Shown here: piece by piece, positions 54,701 to 64,000 of the stretch
Position numbering within the stretch: position 1 is the stretch's first letter
Layout of the letters: each line of letters opens with the position of its first letter
Source of the DNA: Balanoglossus misakiensis
Lineage: Eukaryota > Animalia > Hemichordata
Assembly (NCBI GenBank): GCA_040954595.2
Contig: CM082578.2
Span: 5,999,519-6,063,518, forward strand
Direction of reading: 5' to 3'
DNA: 64,000 nucleotides
Made by a program: the position numbers and the translations under genes
Notes under the pieces: model-generated
Database searches by the model: none
Seen by the model: only the letters and a program-made list of their open reading frames with translations
Told to the model about the DNA's origin: nothing

Positions 54701-56284
54701 GTACACGGCGGGTTTCCTTTTATCAAATTCCCACGTCACGCCCTTCTGCTATCGCCGATAACAATTCGCACAAGTCGATTTAAAAGCACAGCTGAGACCA
54801 TCTATGCTGAGACGAGACACGTCCTCTGTTTTCTGTTTCCAACTCGCTGTTTGCCGCCAGCGTTTCCCTCAACTTTGACTCGGCGCAATTATCACACATA
54901 GACATACTGACAACAAAACGTTTAAATCGACCGTGGTGGCAGAAACTCCAAACTCAACAAATACATTATCACATATTCAATGTCAAAATTATTCAACAAA
55001 TTTGAACGTGTATACCTGTATACGAACGGCATTTCAACTCTCAGGGGAGTCAATTAAATGGGAGCTTGCATAAATTGACAATATGGCAATCTATTGAACT
55101 TTTAATATATTGTTCTTTAATCGACTATTAGCGTGCGCAGAGTCCTTGTGTCGTTTCCACTCCATTTATTTTCTGGTTAACATTACGCGGTTGTCAATGT
55201 CGGTCATGACTTTTACAGCAGCTAGGGCTACAGGTCCTTAGCAACCGACGCTGATCAACGACGGAGAGCATTTCTCTGCATTTCTGTACTATTTTTGCTG
55301 CCGGAACGTCAAAGCACGTTTCGTGGATGTAAATAATGAGGCTTAAATACACCCTGCTTTCCTCAGATTGACGTCGCGTGGTAGGAATCAAATCACCTCC
55401 ACAGTAATATATATATTCCACAACCAAAATGAACATTCACGATTTGGCAACGGTATCTTATGACACTGACGCCCGCGCGTTGGGTCTTGTATATTCATTT
55501 ATTCTGATAATTTTGACCATTCTGTTGGTGTTGAGACTGGAAACCATACAAAGACCTTCTCGCACGAAGCGTCCGTTGGTGATTTTGCGAAAACGAGTAT
55601 AATTTGAAAACGCATCGGCTTATGAGAATGGTATTTCGCATACCCGCCAAGGCAGTGTAAAGCACAATTTTTACTATTCATTTGTACTCAATATTGCGAT
55701 CTACTGTTCTAGGAGTTACATATAATATCATAGTTTTAAGCCCGAGACAGCTATATTTGGCGAATTCAGTAAAATGAACAGTTCCTTCAGCGAGCCTGAA
55801 GAATCAAATAAGGAAACAAGAAAAAATCGCAGGAATCGGAATGTCATGGTCGAGATATTAACTGCATGTCTGTTTACACAAGTCCAATACACCAGTCGAT
55901 TCTATCACGCCCTTCTCATTGTTTGCGATGTTTGTTGTGCTATGCTCTTCAGTGATCGGAACATTTGATCGCTATCACCACGGTCAAGTGATCAGCCGTT
56001 GCTTGAACCTGACCTATTTTGCGCATACACCCCCCATCCTCCGTGACTACCAGTTTGCCCAATGTAATAAGACCGACGAACCAGCCTTTTCGAGAAAATT
56101 AAAATGAACATGTATGATATTCTAAGCAGACTGCCAGTGCAAATCCCACCAATCCTTCCTACGTGTAACATTTACCTTTCTGTGGTGCGTCGTATTTACT
56201 CACGACGGCGCGCCCTTTGGACGTAACAGACACGCCAATTGAAATTGCCACTGTTTAACTCTAATCCCGTGTTGTACATTTCAG

Positions 56285-56361
56285 CAGAAACGCAATAAAT
56301 TCTGCGTGGCCGTCAACTGTGTGATGATAGTTTATCGACTGATCAAGTCTTATAAACTAAG
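56285..56361 (+). CDS. cnbd2: CNBD2-like coding exon 2 (QKRNKFCVAVNCVMIVYRLIKSYKL+AG)
   Basis: Acceptor tgtacatttcAG is a NAGNAG site (alternative start 56288); donor AAG|GTATGT. Phase 0 to phase 2 exactly bridges exon 1 and exon 3. The basic/hydrophobic helix resembles the region N-terminal to the CNBD in CNBD2-like proteins. Confidence 0.72.
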
Positions 56362-56947
56362 GTATGTCAACTTTTCGAACAATAATTTTTACAGGCGACG
56401 TTCTTTCTGTGATATTACTGATAACATTTACATTTTCACTAAAATTGATTATTATTTGTTTTTCATTTAAATAAGTGGTCATACCCCCCCCCCCACTATA
56501 ATCGATCGCTTACTTGTGTGCTCTACCGTGACATATTTCGACAGCACCGCAATTTGACATCTTGCAACCTGCACGTTTGTTTAAAATGCTGGAAGTCAAA
56601 CATTAACGGTTAATATAGCAATGCTAAGGAGATGAACGGTGCTCTTTGAACCATAATCTGACTTTGCGTTTTTGTTGTTCGATACCGACTACTTGACCAG
56701 CCCCCCCCCCCCTTCTCTTTTAACATCGACCCAGACGGTGCACACAATCACGAGATTAGTTGTGTAAACTGGGATAAAAGTTAGTAAAGAGTCCATGAAT
56801 AGGGCAATAGCGTATTATCCCCCAAATAAAACCAGATAAAAACAAAATTCCACCTCTTTAGTTTGGGAGATAACCTTTGATTTACGCTGGAAATGACCTC
56901 CGTTGACATGTACTAAGATCTTTGTCATTTGCTGATGTCTTTGACAG

Positions 56948-57020
56948 ACAAAGCGACCAAGACATGCTGGACTTCTTTGCAGGCTTGGACTCCAGTAATT
57001 GGCTTGAATTTGACTACAAG
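56948..57020 (+). CDS. cnbd2: CNBD2-like coding exon 3 ((R)QSDQDMLDFFAGLDSSNWLEFDYK)
   Basis: Acceptor gtctttgacAG, donor AAG|GTGAGG, phase 2 to phase 0. Contains the LxFD motif seen upstream of the CNBD in this family. Confidence 0.75.
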
Positions 57021-57038
57021 GTGAGGCCTTTTTTATCT

Positions 57039-57052
57039 ATTGCCATGGCAAC
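57039..57052. promoter_or_regulatory. RFX X-box-like palindrome ATTGCCATGGCAAC
   Basis: 13/14 match to GTTGCCATGGCAAC, 18 nt into the intron after CNBD2-like exon 3. Similar sites at 57327 (GTTACCATGGTTAC) and 57800 (GTCTCCATGGATAC). Confidence 0.45.
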
Positions 57053-57377
57053 GTTTGTGTCGAAAAGTTGGCAAATTTTAATTGTATTTCTAACGTATTT
57101 TACTGACACGCAAAATTACTAGATCAATGGTGAGAGAAACGAAAGAGACAGCGATTTACTGAGCTGCAGTGTGGTGTTTGTGAGGAGTGGGTTTGGATTG
57201 TAAGTAAATGTGGAATAGCGACACTGTTTCTCATAAACAGCATCACTGTATTTAGCTAAATGTACTCCACATTATGGTAGGCAAAGGTGAAATATAGGGT
57301 ACACGTACACATAAATATCTGGGAGCGTTACCATGGTTACTACTATCATCAAACAGAAGAGTAATTGGGTGGTGGTT

Positions 57378-57451
57378 TTTGTTGTTGTTTGTTTATGCTG
57401 TTACTTGTTTATGTTGTTGTTGTTGTTATTGTTGTTGTTGTTGTTGTTGTT
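57378..57451. repeat. Imperfect (GTT)n microsatellite
   Basis: GTT arrays with interruptions. Confidence 0.85.
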
Positions 57452-57559
57452 AGATTTCTGCTAAAATAAAGAATTGGTCTGAGCGACGGATGCACGTGTA
57501 CTTTGCATAATGCTTTGTAAATGCCGTGTATTTGAGACCAAAGTACAAGTACACAGTAA

Positions 57560-57630
57560 ATTGATTGATTGGTTGATTGATTAATAGACTGATTGATCGT
57601 TCGATCGATCGGTCGGTGGGTCGGTTGGTA
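57560..57630. repeat. Degenerate compound tetranucleotide (TTGA)-(TCGA)-(TCGG)
   Basis: ttgattgattggttgattgatt...tcgatcgatcggtcggtgggtcggttgg. Confidence 0.7.
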
Positions 57631-58224
57631 TGACCTTAATATCGTGCGTAATTGAGTTCTACAATTATACATGATCATTACTTGGTACTTTCTCCACTTT
57701 GTGACGGTGTTTCACAGAAATGCAAAGGTCGCCTCACCCTTGTCTCACGCAAACACACACAGACACGCTATGATTTCCAGTTCTTTTGTTCCCCACTGGG
57801 TCTCCATGGATACGTATCGAAAGTTATTTACAGTTTTTGGCAACACAAATCGACTGAGGGTATATTTTATCGCCATACAAGTGGGTGGAAAACTTGCTAT
57901 TTTTGTCGAGTGTGGAATTATGGTTTTTATAAAATACATTTGTCAATTTACGGGTGTACCAGAACAACATAAAAATCATTTGCATATTGCGTCTTCGCAT
58001 TTGGTCTCTAATTAAGATGCGGGATGTAAAACAAAGCGTTGATATTCATGTTAGGGTGACGCTTTTTTTTTTATTTGTTTCTCATCTCCAGAGGAATAGT
58101 CAGGCAGGGCGGGCGGGCGAAATAAAAAAAAACGTGTACCAAAAAAAAAAACCTGTTTCAGTTCCATGTTTTATCCATTACAAACAAATGTGTAGGCCTA
58201 TTTGTTTCTGTTCAATGTTCTGGC

Positions 58225-58352
58225 TGTTCAGTCATTGCAATTTCTTATCTTTCAGTCCAGTGTCTTGTGCTCTCTGTCCTTTTAGTCACTATAATTTCTT
58301 GTCTTTCACTTTAATGCTCTGTCCTTTCATTATCTACAATTTCTTCCCTTTC
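58225..58352. repeat. Degenerate minisatellite, three copies of a 40-50 bp unit
   Basis: The core 'aatttcttNtctttca / ctctgtcctt' recurs: ttcagtcattgcaatttcttatctttcagt; ttttagtcactataatttcttgtctttcact; ctttcattatctacaatttcttccctttcct. Confidence 0.65.
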
Positions 58353-60633
58353 CTCCGGCCTCGATGGCTTCAGCCATGGTCCGACACGACCGCCATGATG
58401 AATATGACGTCATATTTGCAAAATCTCACAATTAGCCGTTGGGGGCGCTGTTGCTAGGATGATCGCCTCAGGCTCAGAGTCGGCGCAAATAAAACAGTTT
58501 TTTTTATTTTCATGTCGGAGCTGAAATTTACGGTCGGTCGGGAGATGAGAAACATAGAAAATAAAAACGTCACCCTTATTGTTTTCACACGATCGTTTCT
58601 TTCTGGCCAAGTGACGCTCATTATGTCACGGTCTCAGCGCATGATGTATTGCGTGACCGCATTAAAACACCCAGACAGAACTTCAGCCGAGTGCCATAAA
58701 TCTTGGCCGTCTTGTATACCATTGTGGGGAAAGGGATAATTTTTCCCCCATGGTTGCCCGATCTCAGGTGACCGACCTATCCGACTCGCGTGTCAGTCTG
58801 GTCTTTTCTATACGTGCAACTGCGCGACGCAGCTCGGGTTAATGGGCAACGCGTTCTGGCCTGGCAACAAATATCTGACGGGGGACTTTTGTTTGGCCGT
58901 CGCGACAGGCGGCTTCAGGTTGCCAAAGTGTCTTTCCGAGTTGAGACAGCAATGTGGACTATTATACAAGTTAATGAAGGGTGTTGTATCGGTGACTTCG
59001 TTGTCCGTGTCTCGCATTTGGTCTCCAAAAAGAAAAGGAACACGCAATGTTTTTGGTTCATTGAACGTTATTAGAATCGAGAAAGAAATTCGACCTCGGT
59101 TCTCCATGTCTTGTAGTCCTCGTTTGAGTACCGAGAAAAACTGCAAATTCACTCTTATTTTTTAACAGTTCTTTCAATGAAAGTGAATTGACGTTTTCGT
59201 AAAAGTAATTCGATGCGCCCCTTCTTTTGCAATTTTCAATACAAGCTTGGATTCAGCCGAGAGTGGACACATTAGATTTCCTGATAAGATGTTCCCGATT
59301 AGCTTCCTGCCAGATCATTGCAATTTTCTCCTCTTTCTTTCTCGCCCACCCTCTTAACGTTTCACCTTTCCGAGCTTGCAGCGCCATTTATGTGGCCTGT
59401 GAACCGTGGTCGATCGATCGACGACACACGAATTGTACTCCTGAGTTTGAGAGCAGAAGGGGGCCACTCCGTCACCGTCGTGTATTGTCCAGAATTGACA
59501 AGAAATCATCGGAGTGTTTTGTTTTCCTGCACAGTCCGCAGGGCAGAGGTGAACACCCATAACATTTAATCACGTCTGGTATTCAACACCCGACGGCCAT
59601 AAAAACAATTTGCATTCGTCATTACTACGAGAATACTGATATTCTCAGGAACTTCTCGACGCTTTCGTCACTTTTCGCGGTCACAGTATTCAAGAAATCG
59701 TCTGCAACGGCCAACATTATGCCATCCCTTCCCCGCTGCAGTCTTCAAGAAACATGCCTATCACAAACGGACATAGGCCCACACAACACAGGCCTAAATG
59801 CACTGATCGGCTAAACCAACTACCTGTGGTAATTTTGGTGGCGGAATCGAAAAGTCACACGGTTGCCAATAATCCCCGTGGCTTTTGGAGCCTTGTTATA
59901 CAATGACACTATACGGGAGTGGCCGCTAGCAACACAATCAAACAGATAATGAGTTTTACAACCGAGTGTCTTCATTCAGTAAAAAACACACACAATTAAA
60001 CTGAATGACAGTGGGAATAAACAGAGAAACAAAACAGAAGACGAAAAACACCTTTTACGTTTTCTTATCCTCGTGAGACAGAGATTCAGACTGCATTGTA
60101 AATCAACATCGCCATTCGATCGTGCAAAGGCAACAGCCGCAAGACTGGAGTAAGTCGTGGTGCCACATTGTAAAATATGGTCAAAGCTTTAACACAAAAA
60201 AGGCGCACGTGTTCCGACGGGGATGTAAACAAAACAAACCGGGGGTGGGGGTGGGGGCACTTGTGTAAAAGGCTGGATTCCAGTGTCCATGTTTATTTTC
60301 CGAAAGTCGACCCGGCGCGACTTACAAACAGCGCGTGTTTTGCCGCTACATTATCTGTTCGTGATATCCATGTGCAACATTATGATAGCTTAGACTTTTC
60401 AGAAAGCGGTTTATTCACGCACCGAATAATACGACTTGAAACTCTTGACGTCGTAAAACGGGATACAGACACGCATTAATCGGTGTATAGAAGCGCTCCT
60501 CAAAGCAAATCTTTTGTGTGCCTGATCATTGGTGTTCTTTTCACAATATTCAAGTACCATTGCTTTCAGATATTTAAATTTTGTGTACAGTGTTCAGAGT
60601 TTATTGTGTGGTCGTTTGCTCTGTGTGTTTCAG

Positions 60634-60708
60634 GTTAGGGTATCAGCGGACACGGAGCGTATCTTGAGTAGCCCAGCGTCAAAGAGAAAGCCAGAAGAAC
60701 TTCATAAG
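60634..60708 (+). CDS. cnbd2: CNBD2-like coding exon (VRVSADTERILSSPASKRKPEELHK)
   Basis: Acceptor ctgtgtgtttcAG, donor AAG|GTAAAG, phase 0-0. Matches the 'ILxxPxxxRxxE(E/D)L' helix that precedes cNMP-binding domains in CNBD1/2 and Epac-type proteins. Confidence 0.85.
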
Positions 60709-60893
60709 GTAAAGGGCAGTGGCGATATTGGGGGGAGGGGGGATCATCCGGGTCACTGACAACCGATCGCCATTTCAAAACGAATTACATGTACTTATAT
60801 ATTTAACTGCATTGGCATTGTTCGGTATTTTAGTTTTACTGTGGCGAAATAAAAATATTTTTAATTACCAAGTGTACAGTCACTGTTGAAATA

Positions 60894-61079
60894 CAGTCAA
60901 ACCTGTTTATAGTGACCAGTCAAGGGACTTTCCTGAACTGGCCTTTATATACATGTATAGGTGGTATTTATAGACACGGGTCGAATAATGTACATGTTAA
61001 TTGCACAGGGATTGTAACTAAGTGGCCACATATAGAAATGTCCACTATATAGAGGTGGCCACTAACATAGGTTTGACTA
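60894..61079. mobile_element. MITE, Tc1/mariner-pogo type (TA target site), 186 bp, intronic in the CNBD2-like gene
   Basis: Left end TA|CAGTCAAACCTGTTTATAGTGACCA; right end TGGCCACTAACATAGGTTTGACTA|TA (reverse complement TAGTCAAACCTATGTTAGTGGCCA). Internal GTGGCCAC/TATATAGA subrepeats; no ORF. Confidence 0.75.
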
Positions 61080-61238
61080 TACATAATACCATCAAAGCGG
61101 TTTTCTCATTGTCAAAACTACCAAAACGACGTCGAGTAGAAGGGCCACTGGGCTGGGGAATGATCTTTATAAACCTGAGCGAATTTCCGAGCGAAGCAAA
61201 CCCATCTTTGACAATCATCACTCTATTTCTTGCTTCAG

Positions 61239-61401
61239 GTTCAAGCAGAGTTGCAGAGCGTGAGATCGGTGGCCGAATTTCCAATTTCTATGCAACACAG
61301 AATCGCAAAATATGGCTTTTATTCGTCTTACGGTGCTGAGAGAGTCATCATACGTTTTGGCCATCGTCCAAAGGCATTCTACTTTCTGCTGTCTGGCTCC
61401 G
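61239..61401 (+). CDS. cnbd2: CNBD2-like coding exon, start of cNMP-binding domain (VQAELQSVRSVAEFPISMQHRIAKYGFYSSYGAERVIIRFGHRPKAFYFLLSGS)
   Basis: Acceptor ctatttcttgcttcAG, donor G|GTAAGT, phase 0 to phase 1. RVIIRxGH...FYFLLSG is the cNMP-binding beta-barrel signature. Not shown in the ORF track. Confidence 0.92.
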
Positions 61402-61494
61402 GTAAGTGACCATGGTATTTGGATGTGGATAGGGTTGGTAAGGTTGCCTGGGTTATACATGATACCAACACCCTTATGGGAAAAGGCCTTCGAT

Positions 61495-61583
<89 letters not shown>
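61495..61583. repeat. (GTT)n microsatellite in a CNBD2-like intron
   Basis: About 29 perfect copies. Confidence 0.96.
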
Positions 61584-61850
61584 AAAACGTTCTTCGCTAA
61601 TTGCCTGCCTATTACCACAATATGCCGCTACACGCCTCTTCGCCAGCGGAGTACTGAACCGGCTTATAGCATTCACATTATTTCTCATAGAGAGGGAGGG
61701 GTCAGTCGCCATTATTTACCGGCTACATGTAGGTGTCAAAAGCCGACCGTTCTTAGTTCAAGAAATACATTCCTTGCCGATGGCTAAACGTAATTTAATA
61801 TGCGAGTATGGAGGCAAAGTTTCACACTCTCGCTCTATTTTCACTTACAG

Positions 61851-61924
61851 CAATAGTCGTCGATGGCGACCCGGAAGAAGTTGGTAGGGCGGTGCGCGTC
61901 ATCAACAAGGGAGACAGTTTTGGA
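61851..61924 (+). CDS. cnbd2: CNBD2-like coding exon ((A)IVVDGDPEEVGRAVRVINKGDSFG)
   Basis: Acceptor ttttcacttacAG, donor GGA|GTAGGT, phase 1 to phase 0. GDSFG begins the phosphate-binding cassette. Confidence 0.92.
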
Positions 61925-63589
61925 GTAGGTTAATCATTTCTTTGCTCATTCCTGTCAAACTTGAAGACGTGATCCCTATTTTAAGCCAGAGCAGGGTGAT
62001 TTTTATATTTACTTCAAATTTTGAATCCCTGCACTATGACCTTTGGATGGGTGAAAATGTCGAGAGCATATTTTATACGGAAATGTCTGAAAGTTTAATA
62101 AAAATGAACGATGGCGATCTGAAAAAGCCAGCGGGGACCATGGTGGAACGTTGACGTCTGTTCAAGGGTCATGGTTTAATGCGAAATGTGAATTCATGCT
62201 TTGAACTGAAGGTGTTAAAAATATGACAGGAAACACGCTGAAGATATTAAAATCAAAAGCCTTGGTCCGCGGTCTGAGCTTTAATTGCAGTGGTCATGAA
62301 TATTTAATCATATTTGCATCGTGACCAAAGAGAAAGTTGACAAGAGGAAGAGCTTACGCAAGACTGCTTAAAATTTAATATCTGCGTTCAAATCACTAAC
62401 AATCTATTCAGTGTGACAGTTTACACTCCATCCAAATTGATTTGTCCTTTCCATACCGTGTTTCTCCCTCTGAAAGCAAATAAAATTTACTAATGTTAAC
62501 TCACCTAGTCTCGGTTACCCAGACCCCTCTTCTTCTTCCGTTGGGCACTCCAGAAATACTCTTTTTGAGTGCCAAACGGAAGAAGCAGAGGAGTCTGGGT
62601 AACAGAGACTATAAATCACCTTGAATTTGATCGGAATTTTCACAAAGCTATTCTCACGTTTAATTCGGGAAAGGGCAAAGGTTAACAGGCAAAGTTTGTA
62701 TTGACTATTCAAACAATCGTAACACTATTTGAAATGTAAAAATGATCATCAACACCCCGAGTTTTCTGGAAATTGGACAGTTGCTTTACAAATTGTGTGA
62801 CGTGAACTTCATTTTTTTTTTATTTTTCTATATTTTAAACGTATTAATCTTTGAAGAGTCAAACCTGCCTTCAGATAACCACGTACGTGATTGCATTGAC
62901 TTTGCCAATGATCTCTGGTTTACTCTGTGTCGATCAAATGCATAGGTCAATATTAACAAATCAATACCTTGCAATTTTAAATGACCTATTTTATCGATTC
63001 ACTTTACTTCAATTGATGTGCGGTTCGTACAGTATCCCCGGTCACTTCCATATATTGAAAACAGAGAATTGTTCACCATCATATGCCTCGTGATTTGAGG
63101 TTGGATATTTCAAAAATCGGTCATTCGCCAATTCCGTTATCCATCCCACTAGAAGTGTTCACAAATATATAGGTTGTGGGACTAAACTGTTTACAGTAAA
63201 AAAAAAATCGAGCTATATCTCCGTATTGTTCGGCCAACCTGTATCTAAACCGACATTTTGGCAATTTCAATTCGTCATTTTAGCAAACAGAATCGAACAG
63301 AATTCCTCAGAAACACGAACAACCAAAACCAACATCAATTGCCCTCTTTGGTACCACCCATGTCAGATGACTGCACTTACGTTTTGACACTGCACTCGGA
63401 ATACTTGAGAAAAACGCATACGTGTGATTTAGGCCTACCCCAAATCACAGCGGAACTAGGCCGTTTACATATCAAAAAAACATTGAAATATCGGTTCGCT
63501 GCACTTCTATCCACGAAGAAATCTCTTAACTGCTCAGTATTAGCACGGCTAGTGTCAAATAAATACTTCATTTCCGTCGCCTTTCTCAG

Positions 63590-63673
63590 GACGCTTCCAT
63601 CGTCAATCAGACGAGGCGCGTGTGTACGGTCATCTCCAGGGAGACGGTGGAATTGCTGGTCATATCCAAAGAG
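63590..63673 (+). CDS. cnbd2: CNBD2-like coding exon (DASIVNQTRRVCTVISRETVELLVISKE); gene continues past the window end
   Basis: Acceptor gtcgcctttctcAG, donor GAG|GTAAAT, phase 0-0. RxxTV...ELLxI completes the first cNMP-binding barrel. No stop codon is reached. Confidence 0.92.
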
Positions 63674-64000
63674 GTAAATGCCATGATCAATATTTATACG
63701 CGTTAATTTGTCAGTGAACTTTGTCAGAAATCAGCGATGAGAACTAACGAGATCGATCCCCAGGCGACATTTACATATATTTTATGACATGAGTTGGTAT
63801 TGAACCCAAGACAGGGCCGTCATCGCTGTTTGTCAAACCATTCCATGTGTACGGTCAGATATTTTTGATGAACTGTGCTAAGACTGATATGTATTAAAGG
63901 TATAAGGTCACCTATGAATATTTAGCTACAGTCACCATGGCAAGTTGAGATCTAGCCAGCACAGATTTTCTGTGGGTGGCACACGAGAAAAAAGAGGGCC

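Noticed and set aside
54701-54901. C-terminal 66 aa of the 184-aa ORF at 54347
   Set aside because: Read-through into the intron after donor CAG|GTACAC; codon bias collapses and the downstream exons continue the protein.
55367-55380. 14-nt micro-exon candidate (ctttcctcAG ATTGACGTCGCGTG GTAGGA) in CNBD2-like intron 1
   Set aside because: Inclusion shifts the frame before exon 2 or creates TGA when joined to exon 3, and exon 1 to exon 2 is already phase-compatible.
57170-57199. 30-nt in-frame segment CGVCEEWVWI followed by GTAAGT
   Set aside because: The acceptor lacks a pyrimidine tract and the peptide does not fit the family pattern.

Overview
Animal genomic DNA, probably a marine invertebrate deuterostome such as a hemichordate or echinoderm (inferred from the Fezf sequence and repeat style, not proven). 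There are two well-supported protein-coding genes, arranged head-to-head about 33 kb apart. (1) Fezf/Fez/earmuff (minus strand, 19648-21177) has an eh1 motif and six C2H2 fingers and an intronless coding region. (2) A spliced CNBD2-like cyclic-nucleotide-binding gene (plus strand) was reconstructed by hand from seven phase-compatible GT-AG exons (54347-63673, 300 codons) and continues beyond the window; the ORF track mostly misses it. The rest is an apparent regulatory gene desert with many microsatellites, three MITEs with TIRs and TSDs, a decayed L1/Tx1 reverse-transcriptase remnant, RFX X-box-like palindromes and TAAT clusters. Several weaker plus-strand exon-like segments at 42-52 kb could be a small Cys-rich gene, a lncRNA or a long 5'UTR. 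I found no rRNA, tRNA or CRISPR, and no firmly supported novel system. The best leads are the 42-52 kb candidate transcripts, the splice-site-bracketed LINE remnant and the altered cNMP pocket.
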